This document shows positions 1 through 11,925 of a stretch of DNA of 64,000 nucleotides, in pieces. The notes under the pieces were generated by a model, which saw only the letters and a program-made list of their open reading frames with translations, did no database searches and was not told where the DNA came from. This DNA comes from Pelomyxa schiedti (Eukaryota > Protista > Evosea). A program made the position numbers and the translations under genes. Positions within the stretch are counted from its first letter, which is position 1. Every line of letters begins with the position of its first letter. The stretch is taken from assembly GCA_020536535.1 (NCBI GenBank), contig JAHLWZ010000310.1:5805-69804 (forward strand), read 5' to 3'.

Positions 1-2532
1 CAATTGTGCTAAGTATTTCAGCACAACAAAGGTTAGCAGGCAGAGATCTTTTGGAGGGTGGCATGACTGTTAGCATTGCGCCAATGTCACTAGGGAGAAT
101 GACATTAGGTACAAGGGAGACCAGAGATGAATTCTGACTTGGCTGTGTAGGCTTGGTATTTTAATGCAGAGAATGAAAGAATTCTTCATACTTGAGGGGC
201 TATCTCTGTTTTGGGGGGTTCCACTGTGGTTCCAGTACTGAGAGGTGCTGATAAGCTAACTGGAGCAGCAGTGGCAAGATTCCTATTTGAGGACTCCAAC
301 AGGATTCGATCGAAATCGTTTTCCAACCAGGTAATTAATTCATATAGCATCAGGGCTCCAACTAACTCCTTTGTCTTCTTGGAGATTCTTTTATTGTGGT
401 GTTAACTTCTTCACTAGAAAACAGTAAAAAATTAAGACCTGGAGGTGATGAAAAAACATTGCGCAGGTGGAAGATTGCTTGACTCAAAAATGACCACAGG
501 AGGAGATTGAGGGTAGGCACAATCAGGACCTACAACACTGTGAAGCCAGGCTTCGACCTACTGATCCAGTGTTTTCTTTATTAGTTATTCCCATTATTAG
601 AGGGGTGAGGCACACCTTTGTAATAGGCAATTTTAGACTGCAGTACACATTCACAGATGGTAATGTGTTAACACTGTCACCATATATAGCACGCAGAGCT
701 TCAATTTCTTCTGTGAATAATGTATTATTGACAAGGTTGGCATTCTTTTGAGTGTCAGATGTTTTTTTCCTTAGCTTTTATTTTTACTTGATTGCTGGAG
801 GAAACACTCCCATTTTCTTCATTTCCATGAGGCACAGAGAGCCCAGAGAGGTAAAATGCACTGCAAATGATATTGGGAATGCTTTCTGATTGCTTGCAGC
901 ATGTTGCAATTACAGCGTGGGAAAACCCAGCTCTGGAAAGAATGTTCATGGCCTTACAGTTGTCATTTCCAAGTTTTTTTCAAATATTCATGGTGGAGCA
1001 TACAATCTTTTGATTTGGGCTTAACTCTTTTTGCAGTATGTCAAGGGAATGGTTTCGACCCTGATCTCCCCGAGTAGGTGGAGGAGTTGTTGACTTGGGT
1101 ACAATAACTACAGGGCTGTTTCCTGCCTCAAATCGTTTTGGCAGAGCTTCCTCTGGCTGAAGGGGTCAACAAATACATTGCAGCAGAATGCTGTTTTTTG
1201 CTTACTAGATTCAGACATAGCCAATCCAAAGCAGTTGAAACTGAGTTGCACTGAGAAGAAGCTTGTTCTGCATGGATTGGAGAAAATCCCATTCGTGTGA
1301 GGACCCGGGCCAACCAAGCAGCATGTTCAGGGGCTATACAATTGCTTCAGTGATGTTTGTGGTCTGTCTAAAGTTACATGTAGGAGATGCCGTCATGGTA
1401 GATGGGACTGTTGCTTTAGCCATGGCTTCAATCGCAGTTCGGGCTTGCTCACTCATGAAAACCTGTTTAACTGGTTAATATGTACTTGAGTTACTTGCCA
1501 ATGGTACCTGAAAGTGTTTGTGTGCATGCGTCTTCTGGGGGATTGCTGCCAGTGCAGCCATTTCAGCAGCTTCTTTTTGTTTAAGTGCAAGGTCTTGCTC
1601 TTTTTTCTCTGCTTCCAGCTGAAACCATATTTCCCTGAATTCCTAAATGGAAATAAGAAGATTCAAGTCTATGGTGAGAGGGGCAGAAACTGGAGCAATG
1701 AGCTGGTGGAGTGGTACATCAGAGCGCAGCTTGAATAACAGTGCCACAGCGGCCGCGTGCCTTGCTTCTTGAACATTACTAGAGCATACTGGTGGTATGG
1801 CTTCCTGGCACACATGACCATTAACATTTTTTCTGTTGTGTTTGCTTGGTTGTATTTTCATTGTTTTTGTGTGAATGAAACAGGCAGTTAAATGGAGGAA
1901 TGCCAAACCACAATGGACTTATCAGGCATCACCAGCGACGCTCTGCATAATAAAGTCGCCGCCGCAGATCCAACACCACAGCCACTGCTGCCACTAACAC
2001 CGCTACCACCACCACTACTGCTACTACTACTACTCGTAGAATGACTCACCACTGTCGCAGATCCGGTGTTGTTCTGCTGCAGCTGCAGCAGCTGCAGCAG
2101 CTGATGCGCAGCAGGGTGCCCGCGCACGCGAGAATATTCCCTGTGTGAGCGAGGGACCGGGATGAGATCTATCCTGAGATTGGACTGGGGCACCCTGAGC
2201 CTGTCGCAGCGCTCGCGCAGCAGCGTCAGGGGCGTCTTGCCGCTCCACGACGCGCGGCGGGCGCGGTCCGCCTCCTGCCGGGCTTGCTGCTGCTGCTCTT
2301 GCTGTTGCTGGAGCTCCATCTGCTGTTTCTTGTGGCTCTTGGCGGCGTACTTGGTGGTGCTTGTTGTTGCTGTTGTTGCTGTTGTTGTAGCGGTGCACGT
2401 GGACGTGGCGGATGGTGGGGAACGACCGCCGGAATTGTGGGACGAGGCGGTGCTTTTGGCGGCAGTTGCCTGCGTTGATTTGGGCGGCTGGGGGGTCGGT
2501 GGCGCCTTGTGCCCTTTGTTACCCTTGGGCAT
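1..2532 (-). CDS. DHX57/DHX29-like DEAH RNA helicase, N-terminal part (runs off the left edge; multi-exon)
   Basis: Low-complexity N-terminus MPKGNKGHK, then WSGKTPLTLLRERC (dsRBD-like), a UBA-like exon ARVLTRMGFSPIHAEQASSQCNSVSTALDWLCLNL, and an RWD-like EEIEALRAIYGD near 690-712. The helicase core is not in the window, so the family is inferred from domain order. Confidence 0.6.
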
Positions 2533-2724
2533 CTCGCCTGACGATCAGATACGCTGCGATTTGAAAATGAAACGTACTCGTTCTAAGCTTTTTGTTCTCC
2601 TAGAACCAGAAGCACAATCAGTTCCCTCCCCCACCAGTGCCCTGAGATAGCAGTGCGAATTTCCATTTCCAGGGGGTTTATTTTGCCTCAAACCGGGAGG
2701 GAAGAAGAAAAAAAGTTTGAGGTG

Positions 2725-5291
2725 ATGGACGAACGAGCGACCCCAAGTTGGTGCCACGACACGCCGGTCCCTGTGTACAACTTGCGCGTTCCGGGTGTCA
2801 CCTCGAGGTTTTTTTTTTTTTAACCGTTTACGTTTGCGTTTCCGTTTCCAGCGTTATTATTAGTGTTGGTGATGGCAAGAAGTATGCAATAGTATTCTAC
2901 AATGGAAGTTTCAACCCATTTCACCCTGGTCACCTGGAGACCCTTATTTTTGCCAAATTGTTCCTTGAGAATGAACTGCATGTTTGTGTTCACCTTTATC
3001 TTTTTTTAACCACTAACCATCAAACAACAAATTAGTATGAAGTTATTGGGGGCTATCTTTCGCCCTGCAGCCCTCTTCATGCTACTAGAAAACTGGGCTT
3101 ACAGAGGTCTTTCTATCTATCCCCAGTATTAATTCCCATAGGAAATAGGCTTGAGACTCGGCACAGGATGAACATTTGCCACCTGGCCGTTGACCCTACT
3201 GGTTGGGTCATGGTGGATCCTTTTGAATCTGTCCAAAACAGGATATGCCCGAAAACTGCATACCTTTCTCTCAAGAAAAGGTTACTTGCCAGTGTACCAC
3301 AACTGTGAGCTGTCTTCTTTCTTGGGCTGTCTTACTTTTTTTCCTTTTGAAGAACATCACTGGATATCACTGTATTCTGGCTTGGAGGGGTAGACAATAC
3401 TTGGTACATGCGCCAAAACAACATTCACCAGTTGGTAGGCAGGGATGTCAGTTAGATAGGTCTAATCTTCAAAAAGTTGATTTTTAGAAAAGGATTCGAG
3501 CAGAGAGCACAAACCCTCAAGTCTCAGCATATGCAATTACATTCAAGGTAGCAAATTACTGAGTTTGTGACTCATTTACCTAAGCAGATTTCCTTCCAAA
3601 CTTTTTTTTGTAGTTGATGTCGATGACAAAGGAATTTCTTCCTCGTCTATTAGGCAGGGGCTTCAATTAGACCAAACTTATCAATGTAATGCCTTATGTT
3701 ATTTCTTCACTGACTTGGTTTTAGCCCTTCCAAGTGTACTACAATACATGAAAGAACACTTCATCTATCACACTCCCCCAGAAGTCTCGTGGGCGAAAAT
3801 TGCTGAGGAGTTGAACATCAATGATCTGTCTCATTCCTTAGTCAATTCAACATCTCTGAAAGATGCAGTACTCTCCCCTGGTATTGAGATAGTCTAATAT
3901 ATTTCAGTCTCCGGCTTCCCTACTACCAGTACTAGAGCAGCTCCTCAAAGCGTGCTCACTAATGCCACAGTCATGTAGACTCATCAAGTTCAATGGGACA
4001 AGAATGGAGCGTTTTAAGGGCTTCAGGTCTGCCATCCTCAGAGTGTCTGATCTTATTTGTTCCGAGGTATCTCCCGGCTTTCACTTTGTCAGTGACAGTG
4101 ATGTAGGGGGAAGAGCAGTCACCTTTGCAACCATCATCATTTGTGATAAAATGTTTTCCAATTCGGAATAGGTATGCCTTCGATCATCACCTCATTTTAC
4201 GAGCTTTTGTCTGCAGAAATGTGGCAGAACACTGGATGCGTGAATTCCTTTTTTTTACGAGAATCGCTCCATCCTTGGTATTCACTCCACTTCCAAAGAG
4301 TTGCTCACTCAGGAGCTCCAAAGGGTTCGATTAGAGTACCTTACTGCCACTTTGCTTCACCGTCTTTAATATTACTTGAGGACTGCAGCGATGCTATTCA
4401 TAAAAAGTAGCCTGTCACGCTGGTAATACACTAACACTTACAGGTATGCTGTAGATGGCTGTTCTCTAGAAGAAGTTCTATGTCTTACTAGAAGCATAGC
4501 TGAGTTCCATGGAGCTTTTTGGAATAATGAAGTTTTCTACAGTTACCAGAAGTACACTAACTTGGGAAAAAGGGCTTTGCAGATAGGAACAACTACCAAT
4601 TTGGATGGGTCAAACCAGCAAATGATGAAGATATGGTGGCGGAAATAATCAAAAACTTCGAGAGATTCAAAGGGGACTTAGACTTGTATCTACTCAAACA
4701 GATTTCTAAAACTCTAACGGAAACGAGGTCCGTTTACAATGAAGATTTCTTTCACTTCTGTAATACACCTACTATTTCCATTCCGGAATTATGCAACCAA
4801 ATACAGGCGAATTCTCCACACACACTAGTCCATGGAGACACATGGATCCACAACTGGTGTATCTTTCCTGACCGACTACCACAATTTGGTTAGTACAGTG
4901 GAATTTTCTTCTTTCCTTGTAAAATTGTTCTCACTAAAAAAAAACAGACATTAATAGTCGGTTTTCTACAACGAACCACGCAAACCCCCCATACCTCCCT
5001 GTGTTCTTTGATTGGCAGACAATAGCCTATGGTTGCCCATTGCTTGACCTTGCAACTGTGGTGGATACCTGTCAGCAATATTCCCCGGCCAATCAGGCTA
5101 CAATTCTATCAGTCTGGTATGACACTGTGTGCCGCTGTGGTGCTGATCAAAAGGCGTTCTCTTGGGACCAGGCACAAATGTTATTCAAATTGTGCAAAAG
5201 ATGGTCTCTTGCTTGCAATGCTGTGGCTCTTGCTCCCCTTGCCCAAAAGACAAAGGACCCGGAAATAGCTGCTGATTTGCTGAACAGATAG
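2725..5291 (+). CDS. Fusion of a NadD/NMNAT-like HxGH nucleotidyltransferase and an EcKL/APH-like small-molecule kinase (multi-exon)
   Basis: FYNGSFNPFHPGH motif; ISSSSIR...LPSVLQYMKEHFIY NadD-type C-terminus; the frame continues into LILLED, TLVHGDTWIHNW and FFDWQTIAYGCPLLDLA kinase motifs. Confidence 0.75.
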
Positions 5292-5399
5292 CAATAGAAC
5301 AAAGGAATGAAGAATACAAAGGGGTAATGCATAAAAGATATATGATATCTTACCGGCTTTCTTTATAAATAACACAGTTTATTGCTGCTCGAGTGGTGT

Positions 5400-6525
5400 T
5401 CAGCAGCATTTTTTCTCCCTTTCAGTTCCAGCCACCTTTACAGTGTCTTTTGGGGGAGGGGGATTATTCTTCAGTTTCACAGCCAATGTTCTCGCAAGTG
5501 ATTCAAAAAGTTGGTCAATACCTGCAGACATGTTTATAGTCGAAACAGGAGTTCAGAAAAAATACCTTCACCTGTTTTAGCAGATGTTTCGAAATAGGGT
5601 ATCTTGGTGGCGTATTGTAAACTAGCAACAAACATCTGGCCTTGCTCAGCTGTTACTACTCTCCGAGGAGCATCAATTTTATTTCCAACTACGGCAATGG
5701 CTAGTTGTCTTGGAATCAGTGGCAGGAACAACAAAAAAGAGAGAGAGGAGGGCAAGATATACCAATTTCGCCATTCACATGAGTTTTTATATCTATAGAT
5801 GTTTATTTCTGAGGAAGTTTCTTGAAGATGAAGAACCTGTGAACCAATCGTTCACGTCATTAAATGTTGTAGAATCAGACACATCAAACTAGAAGAATTT
5901 GGAAGAAAAGAGAGAATAACAATGCTGTACATACAACAATAACTGCAGCTTGTGCTCCTCGATAATACCTTGGAGTTTTAGAAAGAGAATTCACAAACAT
6001 AGATAAGTGACAGTTTATGTTAAGGGCGAGGTTGGATGGAATGATACATAGGAGTCATTGACCGAAATTTCTCTTGTCCAGCAGTATCCCACTACACATG
6101 TCAGTATTCAATAGGTACAATGGAAGCATACAATCTGCATGGATATGTTATTTATCCCAAACGTATGTTGTTAGGAAACCACCTGCAATTTCACTTGCAT
6201 GTCTCCTACAGTACTGAAAAAATAATAAAATTAATCATAATAAGAAAGAAAAAAAAAAGGGGGTCAACAAACATGGATTTTGACAAAAAAGAAGCACCAA
6301 TTGTTGCCAAGTATTCGGTAGAAAATGTTTGATTCACAAATCTACCACTCACGCTGGTCTTCCCAACCCCTGCGTGTCATGTCCGTTACAAAGGCACTGC
6401 CCACCACCACGCACGCGATTGTGGGACGACAAAGCAAGTAAAAGGGGAAAACCAAGCGAAACCATACCCGAGCTCCCTATCAACACAATTTTCGCCGCTA
6501 CGCTGTTGGGATTACCGTGCGACAT
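5400..6525 (-). CDS. Rab GTPase (Rab5/22-like), multi-exon, including a 3-nt microexon at 6132-6134
   Basis: Spliced product: MSHGNPNSVAAKIVLIGSSGVGKTS...ATIGASFLSKS...KLQ|I|WDTAGQEKFRSMTPMYYRGA...VGNKID...FETSAKTG...EKKCC* (CC prenylation motif). Confidence 0.92.
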
Positions 6526-6755
6526 CGTCGTTGTTTTGCGTTTTTCGCCTCTTTCCCCCTCTCTGAACTTCCACTGATCTTGGAACTGTGCACCAACTTT
6601 GACATCTGGGAGATTGCCCTGCAGATCGGACTGCTCTCAGAGACTCCCACCGACACAGGACACTGTTGAATTCGCTCCGTCGGCGGCTCGAAAGTGAGGA
6701 ACCGTTTTGAACGCCAGCGAAAAAAAAGAAAAAAAAACCAACGGTTAACGTCGGG

Positions 6756-8602
6756 ATGGTTATCGTTACGACGGATCTACACTTTGGGCGGCACATAGGC
6801 CCTTGGTCACAAACACCGATCATTAATGCACTCAAGGCAGCCGCAACTTCTCCGCAAGACAAAGTGCTCATTATAGCGGGTGCGAGGGTTTTTTTTGTTT
6901 TGCTTTGTTGTTTTAGGTTAAACATTGCAAAGGGGACTTGGTGGATGATGACTCTCCTGATACTCTTGAATCTGCAATTAACTTTATCAAGACTTTGATA
7001 ACGGATCACAAATTTGTGGTCATTTATACCCCCGGGAATCATGGTGTGGCGCATAACCATTATCCGCATAACCTTGGAACTCAATGGTTAATCGCACTCC
7101 GTAGAAAGGAAGTTCTCTGGCAAGATGCAGAGGCTTTTTGAGCCAATTCAGAACCAATCTGCTTTGCAAGCCTTTGATTTTTCTTATTGTGATACTATCA
7201 CTAGACAAGGAGATGATGTTTTTATCTCGCTTTGTAGTGCTCACCAACTTGTACTCCTGACTCAAAGTTCATACAATTTCTTGTAATCTCCTCCATTAAC
7301 AGTGCCCACGAATTGAAAAGAAGCAACTAAAATGGGCTACGCAAATGCTTCGCTCACTTCACTTAGAATCATCAAGTGCAAGCAGAAGTCGTCTCCACTT
7401 TATAACGCACTACTCTATGTGGTCGGATCCAAACGACACACACCATCTCATGGATTTCCGGGAAACTGTAGAAGACTCTCTCTTGGTCCCATTCAGATTT
7501 TCTTCCGTAATCCATGCACACAGAACGAAGTATATGAACGCCCATCAATTCAAACCCTCTGATTGAAATTCGTAGGTTTACCTATGGTCAGGTGCAACTG
7601 CCCAAGTCACACCAGAAAATTGTACGACTTGCTGCCCCAACACTGAACGGAAAGTGAGTCTTTGTCCAAAACAACTTACAAGAGGGAAACTCACAATCAC
7701 CAGGAAAGAAATCACCTTGTTAGTATGGGCTCCCCAACACTTGGAAACTGAACCGAAAGCAATAAAAGTCAGGATTGAAATGACACTGAAGGGTCACCAG
7801 AAACACCTTGACCCTACCGAGATTATTGATGGCCCCAAAATTCCAGAAACCGACCTGTCCTCTTTCCATCTCCCCACTACCACCATTCCAACAATTACAT
7901 CGAGTCTACCCCCAGTACCGCATGTCGAACCCATCCCATTACCACCAGGATTCAACAGTCTGGACGAAATGATGGAAAAAGCTGCGCAAGATGCCAAAAG
8001 AATGTTTGACAATAGCATAGATTCCTTCAACAAAGGTAGTTGTCCCGATTCTCATCATATGACATTAACACCTACACTTTTTAGCACACCCAGCACCCCC
8101 TCCCACTACAAGCACATCGGCAAGCAGTACAACTCCATCACATAACCCGGATCCACCCCCTCATAACGACTCTACCAATCACGACTCACCACAACCCACC
8201 ACCACGGATCCTTCACGCCAACCACAACCACAACCACAACCACAACCACAATTAACATCAACAACAACACCAACTCCACAAACCCAACCACCATTGGCAT
8301 CAACCCCCACTGCAACACCAAATCCCAGTGGCAGCAACCTAACATACACCACATACCCACAGCAACCCATGGTCATGGGCACAATGCCGCAAATGGGAAT
8401 CGGCATGACACCAATGGGAATGGGGGGGACCATGCCACAAATGGGCATGGGAATGGGAATGGGAATGGGCATGCCAATGGGAATGACTCCAATGGGAATG
8501 GGATACCCCCAACAACGCCAAATGGGTTACATGCCACCTACCACTATGATGTACCCCCAAACCATGAACTACCCAATGGGCTACAGGCCCTATGGTCTGT
8601 AG
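6756..8602 (+). CDS. Calcineurin-like metallophosphoesterase with a Pro/Gln/Met-Gly-rich C-terminal tail (multi-exon)
   Basis: Motifs TTDLHFG, IIAGDLVDD (split by an intron), YTPGNHG, ITHY, VIHAH; last exon ...MGMGMGMGMGMPMGM...GYRPYGL*. Joining the tail to the enzyme is my splice inference. Confidence 0.65.
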
Positions 8603-8763
8603 AGTACATAAAAACAAAACTGTCCCAATTTGTTTTCAAATTAAATGAGCATCATGAGACCCTTAAACACCAGGTCACACTGCTTGTCTCTCACACAAAA
8701 AGTAAAGAAAAAGTGCAATGAAGACTTGTTCTATTTTTTAGTGTGCAGGCAAAACTCCAAACA

Positions 8764-10218
8764 TTACCCCAAATCAGGACCAGCAGTAGCACAACAAAAC
8801 GGGGCTGGTAATGTGATGTTGCATGAAGGATCCACTGGTAACCTCATGGGCCTGCATTCCCGACCAACACACTCCACAAACCCAAGAGATATGAATGTAG
8901 TTGATGAGTAACTTGGTGCGGTATCTGGTATGTATACCTGTGTGCACAGGATTGTTATCGTTAGTTGCGGGGATAAGGCTTTATCTGACTGAATGTGCAA
9001 GAGGGTGTTTTATGAGAACCTGAACGCCTTTCATTAATGATTCAGGTGCATTCAAACAGAGTGCGGCAAGTAGAATTCGAAGAGAATGTTCGTTGTGGGC
9101 ATAAATTGGCCCTATTTGCAAAGACATCGCACCTTCCTAAATGAGGAAAAAAAAAGGTCAAAAGGTTGCGACTCGAAACGGAACAGCAAACCTTGCACAG
9201 AAGACCCTCTGAAGGTTTCACCGGCTTGACGCAAACTGAGTTTGAAAGAAAATGGTCAGCAAGACACACACCATGAGGAGGGCCATCTGTGGGAGAATGT
9301 ATCCATAAGGGAAGATGGCACGATTTGCGAGTATCTGAAAGAAACATACAGAAGAAATTAACCAAGAAAGAAGAGTTTTGTGAAGTAGTTTACACTCGTT
9401 CTGTCTGCTCCAAATGAAAGTCTGTCTGTGTGAGCAAGCAATTTTCTTTCAGCAATCCCAGCCAACCCTTTTGCTTCATCAAGTTCGCTTCTTGAAAAGA
9501 CTGAGAGAGCTGTTCTTTTATTATCAATCACTCAGAGAGGCCAACAAGAAAAAAGGTGTAAAAACCTGAAATTGTCCGCCATATAGAGCCGATTGTGGGT
9601 GTTTTGATCCATGAATCCAATTCGTTTGTAAATGCCATATCCCATTGCCGAGGCATCCAGACCAAGAATTTGAACACCCTGGGAAATCAGAATTTCATCC
9701 GCTTTTCTGACTAGGGCTTCACATATCCCTTGTGAAAAAAGTTTTCCAATAGGATACAGCGGTGACAGCACTTAAACCTTTACGCCTGTGTGCGGAAGTG
9801 ACAATCACAGCAGCAATTAACCCGTACTTTTTGTCATCAGTGATTCCCCCACAAGTGGTTCCAACAAGGAGCCCAGAAACTGTTACAGCTGCCAGGCAAC
9901 ACTGAAGCCAAAGTCACATCGAAGAGACAAAACAAACAGAAGTAAGTAGTGGGTGATGATCACAATTGGGTTGTTTTCCATAAACATCCTCCATGGTCTC
10001 TCACTTGCATGGTTGCACCACCCAACCTGTGTAAAAAGTGAGTTGCGTTGTTTTGTTTTTATTTTGCTGCTCAAGCATCTCATCCCCTCCAAACTCTTAG
10101 CGGTGAATTAAGTGATTGAGCCCACCTCATTTTCCAATGCAATTGCAGCATCGATGTCACTCTCCTGCAACTGCCTTATTCTGTACTCGCTCCCATCACC
10201 GATGCACCACCCTTCCAT
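8764..10218 (-). CDS. GNAT acetyltransferase, two-domain YitH-like (multi-exon)
   Basis: YRIRQLQESDIDAAIALENE|VGW; AVIVTSAHRRKG; GLDASAMGYGIYKRIGF; ends ATAGPDLG*. Confidence 0.75.
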
Positions 10219-10574
10219 CACAATTAAACAAAAAGCTTCGACTCTCCTAAAACCGCCAAAGCGGTTGATGACGCGACAGGCGGCGCAAACTCCAGGGGCG
10301 ATCGACAGTCGCTCCACATCGGTGCAGCAGCAGGGCACCTGCCATTCGCCGGCAGAGGGCCCGCCCCCCTCCTCGGCATCACTCCATATAAGCGCTTGCC
10401 AACCCAGTCAGGCTTTTGCCAGAAAACCAGGCTTCGTCTGGCTTACTCCTTTTCAGAAATGCCTGCTCATATGTGGGTTTTGGGGGATGAAACTCTCATT
10501 TCGTTTCAATAAGTTTTGGTTTTTACAGTGTTGGCTCAGAAGAACACTGTTGGCTGTTGTTGGGTTTTATGTAG

Positions 10575-11330
10575 TTAGCATGGAATTGTCCAAGGGGGAA
10601 CATCACCACCCAAGAGCGTAAAGGAAATTTCTGTTGGGTGAGCAGTGACTGCTTGCACCAGAGAGAAGCAAGCATTGGGGTTGAAGTACTCACAAGTGTA
10701 TTTTGGTTTTTTTTGTGGTGATGTGGTATTACCTGCTGTCTGACTGATGACAGTCGTGGTGTGCCTGGGATTGATTTGATACAGGCCAGAGGAGTGAACC
10801 TGGAGGTTGCAAGATTTTGGTCTTTCCAGAAAGGGGCCGGAGATGGCATAGTTGTGGTGCCAAGGGAAAGGAAATTGCACAATAATAAGATAGCAGGTGG
10901 CCAAGAGCTAGTGGGAACCTCTTTGACTAGTGTGCTGTTTAATCTTCTCTTTGGGAAGTCAGATCACCCTTTTTTGTCTGAGAGGACTGGCATCTTGCTG
11001 AGCTGTGAACAAGACAGTAAGGGAACTTTCTGGTACCTCGTGTGAGCAATGAAATGGAAACCACAGGGTGTCTCAGTGTGTGAGTCAAGTATGACAGCAA
11101 AAAATCTCTCTCTGTTACTCTCAGAGAAAAACAGAGATTTTTCCCATGGAAAAAGCATGAATAACAGAACAGGAATCCTTCAGGCATTCTTTCAAGGCAC
11201 AAGTGAAAGGCGGCACAAGGGAACATGTGTTGTGAATCCATCACACAGGACTTGTCTTGCATTTAACTGTTCCTGAAATGAGTGGATTGAGTGAATGGCA
11301 AAACAACCACACACAACACATATGATGTAA
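10575..11330 (+). pseudogene. Decayed ORF remnant with in-frame TGA codons in CpG-depleted DNA
   Basis: ORFs 10761-11045 and 11049-11276 share a frame, separated by one TGA, and the frame continues NEWIE*MAKQPH. No family recognised. Confidence 0.35.
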
Positions 11331-11828
11331 GGCAGTCAAGACAGACATTACACATGAATGGAATAAAACCAGAAGTAGAAAGAAAACGGACTGGCTGAAA
11401 GAGCTTGAGCTGGACGCTGTGCTCCATTCACAAAAGGTGGTACATCCAGCTCATTGTGAAGAAAAGTAAGGTCAGCCACCATAAAAGAGAACCTTGTTGC
11501 CTTGGAGTGAGTTTGAGCTGCACATAGGGTCAAGTACAGTGGAACACTTCTGTGTTGTGAGGACAAAAGGGCAAAAGGAAAAAAAAAAAGGAATCTGAAT
11601 GTCATTGTGCCATGTGGGATGTGTTCTAGTTACTGTGAACCATCTTCAGCCGCAATGACCCCCTTCATGCACTGTGCGGTTGGAGTTGAGGAGAGGCATT
11701 CACAGTGCTTTTGGACCCACGGTGCTGTGGTTCGTTGCCACACTTTTCGTCCCATCACTGAGTTCGGTGTTGTGCATGTTTCACCTCATTTTTCACCTTG
11801 ACACCACTCACTTCTCGGATTTTTTTCT

Positions 11829-11925
11829 GGCCGGCGCCGGCCGAACCATCGCCAAGACTCGACACCACAAAATCGAAAAACAACAACTTCTTCCCGGAAA
11901 TCGGTCCGGCCGGCGCCGGCTGAAC
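11829..11925. repeat. Pair of GC-rich palindromic 18-bp direct repeats
   Basis: GGCCGGCGCCGGCCGAAC at 11829-11846 and GGCCGGCGCCGGCTGAAC at 11908-11925. Confidence 0.8.

Noticed and set aside
10719-11295. In-frame TGA codons as stop-codon reassignment or selenocysteine
   Set aside because: Conserved genes here (Rab, FAM50, PLAC8) end in TGA and show no internal TGA; CpG decay explains the pattern better.
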